A DNA stretch of 64,000 bases from Octopus sinensis (taxonomy: Eukaryota): assembly GCF_006345805.1 (NCBI RefSeq), contig NC_043002.1, positions 53,816,001 through 53,880,000 of the forward strand, written 5' to 3'. The position numbers were made by a program, and so were the translations under genes. The notes under the pieces are model-generated. The model had not been told where the DNA came from, did no database searches, and saw only the letters and a program-made list of their open reading frames with translations. Below, piece after piece: positions 1 through 12,282 of this stretch (positions are counted from its first letter, which is position 1; each line of letters opens with the position of its first letter).

Positions 1-625
1 CTAAGTAACTCCCTCTCTTAGAAAAAGAAAACCGAAAAGTTTCTGGAATCATCAAAGAACGAAACAATGTTCAGTACGGCACGGAATAAAAATACGGATA
101 AAATTAAATTGTAGTTTAAAAACATTATTTCTTTACACTCGAATTTTACAGCATTTTTGCAGTACAGAAAATGCGATCCCTATGAATTATATTGGAATAT
201 TCTATGCATAAATGTTGCAGTGAATATGATAGATCGAGGTCTGTTTTATTCATATAGTAGAAAGTTAGCGGAATTATGTTTTCGTTTTCTGGAGATTTGT
301 AATTTGTGTATCTTGATATTTTCCAGCTAGAGATTATTGAACGAGACAGATTAGACTGTCGAATTTTCCCCAGATTTACACAACCACAAACAATGAAATT
401 AAATTACTAAGTTAAAAATAGCAAGATTTGGAAATATTCCATCATCTCTTTCTTTCTCTTTCTTCCTTTCTCTTCTTTCCTTTCTATATCCATATATATA
501 TACGCACAAATATATAAGGAGAGAGAAAGAGAGAAACACAGAGAGAGCAACTGAGAGACAAAGAGATAGAGAGAAAGATATATATATACACACATATGTA
601 TTTAATCATATACATACACACACAC

Positions 626-671
<46 letters not shown>

Positions 672-717
672 TATTTCCGACCACCGGCCAAGTATACGTA
701 TGGTGACAACTAAAATA

Positions 718-1249
718 ACTGCCTTCTTCCAACTGTTAAACATGGAGGAGGATCTGTGATGATCTGGGGGTGGTACATCTTGGAAACCTGCCGGCCCAAT
801 AGTTTCCCTTCATGACAGAATTTATAGACAAGTCTATTTAAGCATTATATCTTCTCTAATTCCTCCTATGTCTGCAGAACTGATTCAGGAGGGAAACGCA
901 ATCTTTCACAATGATAATGCACCAATTCACACAGCTAAAGCTGTTACTGAATGGCACGAGGAATATTCTAGTGAAAATTGAACATCTTATCTGGCTACCA
1001 CAGTCCCCAGATCTCAATATTAGTGAACATTTAAGGTGCATTTGAGAAAAACAAGTAAGGGGTTGATATCCTCCACCACCATCACTACAAGAACTGGAGA
1101 CTCCTTTAGCTGAAAAATGGATAAAAACTTTGTATGAATGCATACCTCGTAGAATTCAAGTTGTAATTACTGCCAAAGCAATCCTACCCCATATTAGAAT
1201 AAATTCGTTTGTAATATTAAGGTGTTTTCATTATTTTGTCCAACCCCTG
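718..1249 (+). mobile_element. Tc1-family DNA transposon, 3' half (degenerate DDE transposase and right TIR)
   Basis: Manual translation gives LPTVKHGGGSVMIWG, IFHNDNAPIHTA, QSPDLNISEHL and LYECIPRRIQVVITAK, with frameshifts and stops. Ends in TTATTTTGTCCAACCCCTG followed by TA, as expected for a Tc1 TIR and TA target. Confidence 0.93.
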
Positions 1250-1295
<46 letters not shown>

Positions 1296-1338
1296 TATAT
1301 TACCCTTTTTACTCCCTCTCTCTCACCCTCTTCCTGCT

Positions 1339-1376
<38 letters not shown>

Positions 1377-2339
1377 TTCATTCTGTGTTTCTCATCCTAT
1401 ATTTTAGCTATTTTCCATCATGTTTTTCTTTGTATTTCTTTTGAGATTCCAGTGTAAACATCTTTACATTCATATTGGTTTTGTATATGTTAACATTTTA
1501 AGAATTTAGATACTGATTCTGAGTGATGGAAAGAAGCAGTGAGTAAAAAATAAAAGCAATGACAAAACACAACAAAATTTTGAAAAGGAAAAATAAATCT
1601 ACAAGTTTAGTGATTCTTGAATAAATGTGAAAGAAAATAAACAAATATATTTATAACCAAGTAAACAAAAACTTTGCATATATTAGCGGGAAACTAGATG
1701 AGCAACCAATGTTGCATTCTAGTTGAAAAATCATAGAGAGAAAAAAAGGGAAGATACATTTTTGGATTCTTAGGACTGATAAACTGACTGAGTCAATATA
1801 TCGATCAAATTTGGCAGAATATGAGTTGGACATATTCCAGGTGCATGATGACACAATAAGTTACGATGCGAGAATGCTGGAAAATAATGGAAGAGAATAA
1901 CTGATAGATATCTAAATATCAAATAATACATAAAAGTAACTTTTACTGTAATAACTACCACCAAGATATCTAAACGGAACATATAATATGATTACGATTA
2001 TATCCATTTATACTTTGATAAACAAGCTTAGAAGCTTTTATGATATATAGTGGTTTTGTCAGTGACTAGCCACTTTCTGCTTCGTAATAGAACCTAGTCT
2101 AGTTGATTTCCTGGACTTTACTGCATGAAATATAATTAATTCATCAGCATTCGAAAAATTATACGCGTGGGAGGATTCAAATTAAATCTACTTACTTATC
2201 TAGACTGGTCTTTTATTATGTGCGCCGTATCCGAAGTTACTGCCAGCAATTTACTTTTATATTACTTTATAGATTATTTGTAGGATACAGTACACGTTAC
2301 TATACATAGTAATTGCTGTTATTAATACTGCTGCTTATA

Positions 2340-2950
2340 AGGCAGTGAAATGAAAGAATCGTTAGCACACCGGGCGAAATGCCTAGCCGTATTTCGTCTG
2401 CCGTTCCGTTCTGAGTTCAAATTCCGCCGAGGTCGACATTGCCTTTCATCTTCTCGGGCTCGATAAATTAAATACCAGTTACGCACTGAGGTCGATCTAA
2501 TCGACTTAATCCGTTTGTATGTCCTTGTTTGCTCCCTCTGTGTTTAGCCCCTTGTGGGTAGTAAAGAAATAAGTATTTCGTCTGCCGTTACGTTCCGAGC
2601 TCAAATTCCACCGAGGTCGACTTTGCCTTTCATCCTTTCGGGGTCGATTAAATAAGTACCAATTACGCACTGGGGTTGATATAATCGACTTAATCCGTTT
2701 GTCTGTCCTTGCTTGTCCTCTCTTTGTTTAGCCCCTTGTGGGTAGTAAAGAAAAATGTATTTCGTCTGCCGCTACGTTCTGAGTTCAAATTCTACCGAGA
2801 TCGACTTTGCCCTTTCATCCTTTCGGGGTCGATAAATTATGTACCAGTTGTGTACTGGGGACGATCTAATCGACTGGCCTCTTCCCACCAATTTTCAGTC
2901 CTTGTGCCTCTAGTAGAAAGGATTATTATTGTTGTTTATAAGACGGAAAA
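2340..2950 (+). mobile_element. Head-to-tail trimer of tRNA-derived SINE family A
   Basis: Three ~185-230 bp units, each with GTATTTCGTCTGCCG...GAGTTCAAATTCC (B box) and GTCGACTTTGCCTTTCATCCTTTCGGGGTCGAT (resembles the Nin/Deu SINE core). Confidence 0.88.
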
Positions 2951-3049
2951 CTGACAGAAATTTTAGCACTGAGTAGATATTATCGACTTAAAACCCTCCC
3001 CGAGCTGCCCTTGTGGCAAAAATTTGAAATCATTATTCTTGTATATAAG

Positions 3050-3270
3050 GGGACGAAATGGCAGAAACGTTAGCACGGAGGGCAAAATGCATAACGGCGT
3101 TTCATCCGTCTTTACGTTCTGAGTTCAAATTCCGCTGAGGTCGACTTTGCCTTTCATCCTTTCGGGATCTATAAAATAAGTACTGGTTGGCACTGGGGTC
3201 GTTAAAATCGACTCATCTCCGCCACCAAAATTGCTGCCCTCGTGGAAAAATTTGAAACCATTATTATTCT
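3050..3270 (+). mobile_element. SINE family A monomer
   Basis: GGCAGAAACGTTAGCAC head, GTTCAAATTCC B box, TTGCCTTTCATCCTTTCGGG core. Confidence 0.85.
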
Positions 3271-3599
3271 TGCGTGTGTTGTTCTTGTTTATCGCTTCGG
3301 AGGTTCTGTGAGTCTGAGCCTTGTTTTTATTTTCAAAAGTTTATTTGTGTTCATTTTATTGTTTGACCTTATTTTCTTCATCATAACCAAAAGGAACTGA
3401 TTAAGCGTTTCCATTACTTGAGTTATGGCTCAAATTTTTAAAGAACAAAAATCTTTTTTGAAGTATAGAAAATGTTTTCAAAGTAGAGTAGTCATCTCCA
3501 ACCAGCTAGTAAGAGAGAAAGTAAGGTTGGAGATGATTTTGTGAGTGAAACAGTTTTCCACAATCATCTCCGACCACTCAGTGCTACAGGCATAGTGTA

Positions 3600-3900
3600 A
3601 GCACTATGTGCAGTATCAGTAGCGACAACAATAGTAACAACAGTAACAGCAATACCTGCACCAACAACACTGGCAGCAGCTACACAATGACATGTCAATC
3701 AAAGAAGCTAGCAAATTCACCAGCAGCAAATATTTGTGCATTGCCATTGCTATAGCATCAAATCATAGCAGCTCCAACAAAATCACCACCATTCCAAAAA
3801 GAAGCAATAACATCAGCGACTACGATGAAACTAACATCAGCAGCAGTAAAGGAGGAAATATAACCAACAAATATATCTTTTACTCAGATTACTACTGCCT
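3600..3900. repeat. Degenerate CAG/AAC-rich low-complexity tract
   Basis: Runs of agc/aac/cag triplets; underlies the spurious 142 aa ORF at 3692. Confidence 0.6.
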
Positions 3901-5019
3901 TAATCTCACCTCACTCGGCAAAATGCAAGAACGTTTCGAAAAGATGAAGTACGTCAGTAGGCTAGAAGAGAGAAAACTGCGCTTAATATACCGCAATTCT
4001 TTTTTGACAAAACAGAAAAGAAAACAATTTTGTATAGAGGCATATAGATCAAAAGACACAAGTTTGAGCGTATGCCTTCAGAGCAAGCTTAACACTAAGA
4101 AACTTATGGGAACACATTAATTTGCTCATAATTTCGGATATATCAGATTTATTCACCCCTGAGATGTCTTAAATCAGAAACACACTATTATACTACAAAT
4201 AACTGATGTTTTTGCTCTGATAATCTTGGGGCGGTGGAAGATCCGAGTAAAATTCTCAAACATACCACTAGAACAAGACTTTTGGGGAGTGGTACTATGT
4301 ATGGCATCCGGTAAGCTACTAGTAACAAAAATCACTTTGAAATAAAAACTGTATCAGGAATGGGCTATAATTCGTTGAAAATATATACACCAGTCTTTTA
4401 TATGTGTGTGTATGGAATCATGCATGGCCTAGTAGTAAACAATTTCTTTCGCAAGGATTAGATACTGGTTTCAATCCGACTGCATGACATCTTAGGCAAC
4501 TGTACTTTACCATAGACTTCTAATTGATTATCAAGTTGCTTGATCTGTGGCGAACGGAGTTACAACTTAATTACAACAGGGATGAGCCCCGTTAGATATT
4601 TAGCAAAACACACTTATTTAGCATTACTTTCAGTTTAGTTTTCTCACTAAATACTAAAGATTCAATGAACAAATGAATCAAAATTGGAACACACGCATAT
4701 ATGTGTTTCTCAGAAGATATAACTTAAAACTTGAAACAACTTTGTTAGAAGACAATAAAAAGCAGGAAAGCTACAGTGCGTATAACATGGATGTCTTTCT
4801 TACTGTAGATGACTATAACCATCCGCGTGAAATCTATGCATGTACATACGTATGTATGTTTGTATGCAAGTATGCATGTATAGATGTATCTATTTATTTT
4901 TCAATGTATATAAGTATATTGTATATGTATATATAAATATAAATATAAATAAATACACACACACACATATATATGCGTATATATATATATATATACGCGC
5001 ATACAGAGATATATATAGA

Positions 5020-5091
5020 CAGACAGAGAAACAGGCAGAGAGACAGACGACAGACAAACAGACAGACAGGCAAACAGATAGACAGACAGAC

Positions 5092-5143
<52 letters not shown>

Positions 5144-5144
5144 T

Positions 5145-5205
<61 letters not shown>

Positions 5206-5240
5206 ATAAATAGATAGACGTGTGTGTGTGTGTGTGCGTA
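5020..5240. repeat. Compound (GACA)n-(GATA)n-(GT)n microsatellite
   Basis: Directly visible. Confidence 0.97.
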
Positions 5241-5304
5241 TGTGTATCTATGTATTCTTTTAATATTTTCCGTCCGAGGGCTGCGGCCATGCTGAAGCAC
5301 CACT

Positions 5305-5800
5305 GTTTGTTTTGAAACAATTTAATTAAACCTCCTCTGGTGTGTGGTATTTGGTGAATGAGTGAGTTTGATGTTGCTGCCCTCATCTGCGTTTCTTGCC
5401 TCGAGATAGATTCATCTGGAAGTCTTGGCAGTTTTGTTTTGAAGTCACCAACATCCATCCCAATGCAGGTATATCAGGCTTTTTGGGAGGATACTGAGGA
5501 GCTCTGGGCATTTGAAGCGCATGCTGTTGCAGTACCTGGTCCTGTATCATGATGGTAATTTTGGGATTTATGGCACTATACAGTAACGCCCCGTTTTGCT
5601 GTTTGTCTAATTGACAATGCCAAATTTGGCACAGGTTCTAGGATTTTCCAGATTTATATTACTGCATATCTTTCTGCCTTCGTTCTAGGAGATAAATTCT
5701 TATCAATTTCAGCCTTCAGTAACTGACATGTCGTATATAGACGATCTTGTTTGTGTATCTTCGCTGGATTGCCTCAAGTTCCGGAGTTAATTTTACACTG
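5305..5800 (-). mobile_element. CR1/L2-group LINE, degenerate ORF2 C-terminus
   Basis: Minus translation SY*RLKLIRIYLLERRQ / ERYAVI*IWKILE ... GMDVGDFKTKL..LPDES...RAATSNSLIHQ matches the typical CR1-like tail (LxSLERRR.RY.II..WKIL; FK.KLD..L..VPDEP). Confidence 0.85.
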
Positions 5801-6739
5801 TTTGGTGACCATAGTTGGGAGCAGTAATCCAAAGGGCCGAGGACAAATATCCTCATGGTTTATATTTATATATATATATCTAATTTTGTTAAGATGTTTT
5901 CGAGATACATTTATAGGAATAAGGATCTGAAACTATTTGTTCAATTTAAAACATTATTTCATGCGTATAATTTTAGCCCTTACACTATAGTGCTTGACGT
6001 TGTTCCCAGTATATTAGAATACAATTAATAAGTCAGCAACTTCAGATTACCAGGGCAAGACATTGACCATCAGCTTCAGTCATATTCCGAGTGGAAAACC
6101 GAATCGAAGTTGGTTTAATCTGTATTTTCATTTTTATTCTATGCAACTCACTACTAGATCCAGAAAATATTTCATGATAAGATCATTAGATGGTGAAATA
6201 CTCAAATTATTCAAAACTGATATTGCACCTGTATTTTGTGGTTATCGCTATTTAACCCCAAGTAAGCTCAAGATCAAGCCTATAAAACCCTTAAGTTACA
6301 TCTATCGTTATTTGGCTGATATTTTGGCAGGATCGAACAATTAAACAGCGTTTATATACGATAAGTTCTCTTCAGCTTTTATATATACTGGGGTTTTTAT
6401 TATTTTTCAAAACTAATTTCTCCACGGATTACAAAAGTAGACATATCAAGAAAAAATTTGCTACGACTTTTAAATTACATTCTGTGCAATATATTTCTCG
6501 ATTTATATAAGTCCGGTGAGAATATCCATGCGATATTTACATTGTAGTTATGTTCACTAATTATATGTGGTATGGAAAGATGTGTTTGTCTTTCCAGACA
6601 TTATGAAATGCGGTAAATATTGACCATCTGCTCAAATGTAAAATGTACTGTTAGAAAATCGAAATTAAGTAGATACAATATATTAAATTCTACACTTCTA
6701 TAGCACTTTTAGAGTTACAATATATATATATAAATACAT

Positions 6740-6822
6740 ATATATGAGTTTGTGCGTGTGTGTATGTATGTATGTATGTATGTATGTATGTATGTATATA
6801 TGTATGTGAATATGTATGTATG

Positions 6823-6860
<38 letters not shown>

Positions 6861-6865
6861 TAAAA
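6740..6865. repeat. (GT)/(ATGT)n/(AT)n microsatellite
   Basis: Directly visible. Confidence 0.95.
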
Positions 6866-7029
6866 TATATGGCAAATTAAATCAGAAGATGGAATATATA
6901 TTACTAGTTCCCTCATATTCCGCCAATCAGTGTTAGTTATAAGGCAACGTCTATCCCACCATAATACAAGGCATTTTTCCAAGAGCAGATCGAATTCTAA
7001 GTAGCTGTTTGCGGTTTGTGTCCAAGTGT

Positions 7030-7036
7030 AGGTAGG

Positions 7037-7114
<78 letters not shown>

Positions 7115-7195
7115 TATAGATAGATAGATAGATAGATAGACAGACAGACTAAGTGAGAGAAACAGAGAGAGAGACAGAGACAGAGACAGAGCGTG
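7030..7195. repeat. (GATA)n-(GA)n microsatellite
   Basis: Directly visible. Confidence 0.96.
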
Positions 7196-8309
7196 TGAGA
7201 ATGTTGTTGAGGCCATAAAAGTTTGTTGATTTTCGAGAGAACGTGGGTCTGGACGCACAGAATGACACAAAACTTACGAAAGGAACTTACTGTGTTGTCT
7301 TCAGTGGATTGAACTATGTTCAGCTTTTCGAACACAAGTGCTTCATAGTAACCTGTGAAGAGGTAGCTATTCATAGTACCGGGGTTGGCTATTTCCTTTT
7401 CAATCTCGGATTGACAGTTGTTATATATTATTTCTTCTTTTGTATTTATTACATGATCAATTTGAATCTTCTACTTGTGCAAATGTCTAGATTCTCATCA
7501 CATGGATCATTGCCGAGAGATGGACCTTTGTGTTGTTGCTTATGTACGATCGCTGTAGTACCCGTATTTCAAAGCGCCTTTATTAGAAGTTAAGATGCGG
7601 TAATTTTATATCGGGCAGCCAACTTAATTTACTGTAATTTACCAGTAATTTACTGACCATAATTTTGAAACCATTATGCATACTAACCTCTAGATTTATC
7701 AGAAATGACATTAAGTTCCTAAACCACTTACGAAGAGGAGCAAATATATATTACATACTTGGATGTATGGCCAGTATGTGTGAGTGTGTGTGTGTTTCGG
7801 CCGAACATGATCTTTCTTTCTTGGCTTGACTACCGCCTGCACAACACTTTATTTTCCTGCCTCCTGACTTTCATCTAAATTTGTACCATAAAGCTTCCAC
7901 TTTACACGCCATCTCAATTTAACTTGTCCTTATTAGTCAGAAGACATCAGTTGTTGTTCGTGTTGTTTGTATTTGTAATTGTGTAATATTTTTTCCGTTT
8001 TCTCGTTGTTTTGTCTGTGTTGTCGCAAATATTCGCTTGCTTTCTTCCAAAAATTTAATGCCCTTAGCTTAGATTTTTGAGGCCTACCAATTTTGAACAG
8101 CTTGAAGTGTAACAAGCCAAAACTGTAAAGATGATTGGAAGCTTGACTGATGAAAGAAAGCCACAAATGTTCCGACTTGGGTTTTACTGTCCGTCTTTGT
8201 ATCGTATATGTGTCCGTATGTTTTTATTGTCGTCCGTTACGTCCTTATTCCATTTTTTGTATTCATATGCATACATACATATATATATATATATGTGTGT
8301 GTATGTGCA

Positions 8310-8575
8310 GGCGCAATGACCCAGTGGTTAGGGCAGCGGACTTGCGGTCGGAGGATCGCGGTTTCGATCCCCAGACCGGGCGTTGTGCATGTTTATTGAG
8401 CGAATACACCTAATAGCTCCACGAGGCTCCGGCAGGGGGTGGTGGCGACCCCTGTTGTACTCTTTTGCCACAACTTTCTCTCACTCTCTCTTCCTGTTTC
8501 TTGAGTAACGCTGCGATAGATTGGCATCCCGTCCAGCTGGGGGAAACACATACGCCACAGAAACCGGGAAAAGAG
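8310..8575 (+). mobile_element. tRNA-derived SINE family C (V-domain-like core)
   Basis: Head GGCGCAATGACCCAGTGGTTAGGGCAGCGG...GGTTTCGATCCCC with A and B boxes; later GCGATAGATTGGCATCCCGTCCAG resembles the V-SINE core GATGGACTGGC..CC.GTCCAG; tail CAGAAACCGGG. Confidence 0.75.
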
Positions 8576-8631
8576 TGACGCTTATCATTATATATTATAT
8601 ATATATATATATATCTTATATATATATAATA

Positions 8632-8671
<40 letters not shown>

Positions 8672-9095
8672 CTTGTCAGTTTTATAATTCCTTTGGAACA
8701 ATAGAGTTCTTCAATTCATATTTTATGAATCTAAATTTTGCAGTCTCATATCGATTTTATTTGGCGTCTGTGTTGTTTCTTATATAGTATTTAAAATTCG
8801 TGCAGACTTTCCCACCAGAACTATTTTGACGTTTAGCTTCATGAGGTAGTAGTCACGTGTTCATTTGTATTTCGTAACCAAAAATTGAGAAGTTTGCTTT
8901 TTTTCATACCGTCAGCCGCATGTTAAATGTTTGTTGTATATGTTTGCGTGTTAGTTTTGTGAGCGTATTGCGATATGAAAACGGTTTCCATAATTAATCT
9001 ATTTATAAGAATGTAAGAACTCTCCTCTGTTAGTGAATTATGTAATTTTGTTTTGTGTTGTAAGATGTGTGCGTGTGTGTGCGTATGTGTGTGTG

Positions 9096-9134
<39 letters not shown>

Positions 9135-9299
9135 TGTAATGTTGTGCATTAGCTCCATCTTGGAAGTGCGTGCTAAGTCTACTGGAGATTGTAGTATAGC
9201 TCTGTCTTGATGTTACAACTTAGTTTTATTGTCAAATCTATAGATCGTATCGGCTATCAAATGTTTGTGCTCGGTCCAATTCGAATGTGTGGTGTGTGT

Positions 9300-9303
9300 A
9301 TTG

Positions 9304-9336
<33 letters not shown>

Positions 9337-9385
9337 TATATATGTATGGGGTGGTATTTTTATATAATATATATATGTATATATG

Positions 9386-9417
<32 letters not shown>

Positions 9418-9515
9418 ATATATATATAATATATATATATTATATATACATAAATATATATATATATACATAAATTATATATACATTATATTATATATAT
9501 ATATATATATTACAC

Positions 9516-9575
<60 letters not shown>
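9300..9575. repeat. Long imperfect (TA)n tract
   Basis: Directly visible. Confidence 0.96.
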
Positions 9576-9576
<1 letters not shown>

Positions 9577-9760
9577 CATAAATATGAGAGAGTGACCACT
9601 GTGTGGTCTACCATAGTGTTAATACTATTATTTCCAAGGAGAAATAACACAACGTTGTGTTATTTCTCCTTGGAAACAATTTTTTTAGTGGCTATACCAT
9701 AGTGGATTCTATTAGCACTAGAGTAGACCACATTGTGGTCACTCTCTCATATTATGTATA
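9573..9760. repeat. Nested inverted repeat / MITE-like element with central 46-bp perfect palindrome
   Basis: Outer arms 9573-9611 and 9723-9760 are reverse complements with few differences; 9631-9676 is a spacer-less perfect palindrome centred on AACGTT. Confidence 0.9.
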
Positions 9761-9850
9761 AATTGTATGGTATCCCTCGTTTTTATATGCTAAGCCACTT
9801 GGTGTTAAATTGATGGTATATTAAATTAATATCAAAATTTCCCCCTCATT

Positions 9851-9901
<51 letters not shown>

Positions 9902-10384
9902 ATATATATATATATATATGAACAAATCTGAAGAATCCACTAGAGTGGATGCAAGCGCTAATATATGATTTATAAAAACATGTGACATATTATATAAATC
10001 TGAAAATATAAAACCTTCCAGATTCTGAGTACCTTATTTCTTCTAATATATAATACCTGTATTATATATCCAGACCTAATATATATATATAATTGTCACT
10101 AAATGTGACTAGGGTGCTAAAAAGCACCTACATTGCTAGAAATAAGAGCTAAAATGTTCCAATGCTGTAGTTAACTTCAGTTCACTAATCTTGCTAGATA
10201 ACGGGTGTGCAATTCGCCTTATGCTTGAGCCTAAAAGATGAAAATTGGTTATTAATTCGTTTTTCATATTTATTGAACATCCTATATATATATATATATG
10301 CCAACATGTTATTTTGTTGCCTTACGGTGATCCAGAGGTCGGCTGTATTTAAGGCTGCACAATGAACTTTTGATTCGCTTCATA

Positions 10385-10665
10385 GAAAAAGTATCTCCAA
10401 TTGGTTTGTTGAAAATAATCGATGAATAAAAGCTTTAATTGCAGAAAATTAAAAAGCTCAGCTTCGACAAGAGAATAATCAGAATTCTAAAGTCAACAGA
10501 GAATCTATCATGAAATCAAGAATTAAATGCAACGATGACGTAGAAACCCTAACGCAATGATAGCTTGACAAAGAGAAGAAAATACATGACCATGTCAATA
10601 GGAACCGGTTAGAAGATTTTTCACATGTATTCGAAAGGTCTTGATACACACATGGTCCCAATTTA
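10385..10665 (+). mobile_element. RTE-clade LINE fragment (endonuclease-RT linker)
   Basis: KSISNWFVENNR*IKALIAEN*KAQLRQENN...KIHDHVNRNRLEDFSHVF...HG resembles the RTE/BovB linker (QDWFDEND.EI..LL.EK..A...; IQ..AD......F). Confidence 0.72.
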
Positions 10666-12014
10666 ATCCACTAACGTAAATCACACTCAAATAAAAAATA
10701 CATACTCACCGGTTGGACATATCGTTAGTCCAACCACTTTCTGTCACCATTATAGTATTTAGTATAAAATCTGTAGATTTAGTACAAACTCTGACATAAC
10801 ATATTTACAGCTAGGTCTTTGCACTTGCAATACTGATCAGATCACCCATAACTCGACTGATTTTACCGGATTAATCTATCGTCCTGGTAACTATTGTAGC
10901 AAGGTATTAAAATATGGATTGGAATTTTCCACTTTTACTCGACCGCATAATTGTGAAGACTTTCACTGAACAATAATTAACATCTGCCTCAAATCAGATA
11001 TTTACTTATAACAGTCCGGTAATATTGATTTCTTAACACCTCGCTCCTTTCGATTCTGAATATATCGAACAGCATTCGTTCTGCCATGTCCAGTTCGCAC
11101 AACACACCCTTATATTTTAGAGACCTGTGATTGGTGACTGGGACACGAGTCCTATAGGCACCCTTTTAAATAATACACTAACTCACTTTTGTAAGCTACG
11201 CCTGTCGGAAATATAGATTTTTTATTTGAGCAACTGGTCTCTGTGTACATGTTTTATTTATGTTTGACATATAGACCACACACTAGACTGTGTAGCTCAG
11301 AAACCGCTGCTATACACACCCGTTGAGCTATCAAAATTGCAATTTCAATAAGATTTGTATGACCTGATGTCATTTCTCCAACTCCAGTCTAGCATATTCG
11401 GAAAATCTAGTTAGTATCCACTGGATACTAATTGGAGCAGCTGCACGTTCCTTTTACATAGATTTTCTAGTGTGTCTAAGATGCCATTTCAGTTTCCATC
11501 TGTAACAAGTGTATACTCCTAAGAATACCACGAGACGCAAAAATCTGACAGCTCATCTTCATTTTGTACATGAACGACTACTAGCCTAAAGAAATTGAAA
11601 ATATTGCTAATATTGCTTTTGAAGTTCAGGTTGATAAACCTCTCATCGGAATCCAGAAAGACAGTTCTTAGCTTCAAAACAACTCTACCTCTTCCGTTGC
11701 TTCGGAACGACCAAACATATTGCATAAATCTTTGTTATTCAGAAGAACCATGGGATGGCAGAATCGGTACGATGAAGAACAAAGCAGTTTGTTTTTGCTT
11801 ATGTCTCTTTACGACCGTGTCGACTTTACCATTCTATCATATGAAATCGATAAAATATGTTCCAAACAAAAGAATGGGTTGTAAGGATTAAAACCATTCA
11901 CGTATATTCTCCAGCATGGCCGCTGTCCAATACTTGAAACTTGTAAAAGAATAAATGAATAAATAAATACGTGAGTTTGCATGTATGTGTGTATGTATTT
12001 TGTAAATATATTGG

Positions 12015-12074
<60 letters not shown>

Positions 12075-12240
12075 GACCTGTCTGTGTACATTTCATATTG
12101 ATTTCTAGTTTAGGCAAAAGGCATAAATTGCAGAGGAGGCGAATGAGCTTATTACATTGAAATACTATAAGTAGATTATAGAGAGCAGATGTTTGTAAGC
12201 TGAATTCTGTACTTGTTTCCATGCACTTAAATAATATATA

Positions 12241-12282
<42 letters not shown>

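Noticed and set aside
2340-2950. CRISPR-like periodicity (also 16287-17045)
   Set aside because: Whole ~190-bp units repeat with no unique spacers, there are no cas genes, and the context is eukaryotic.
3692-4120. 142 aa ORF
   Set aside because: Built largely on a degenerate trinucleotide tract; no homology recognised.
6590-6625. 15-nt micro-exon (TTTCCAG|ACATTATGAAATGCG|GTAAAT)
   Set aside because: Splice-like motifs this short are expected by chance; nothing else supports it.
8310-8385. tRNA-like sequences here and at other SINE heads
   Set aside because: They lack a complete cloverleaf and run into SINE bodies; not tRNA genes.
10700-11500. Possible ancient RT remnant on the minus strand
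   Set aside because: Only vague motif similarity; no catalytic motif recoverable.
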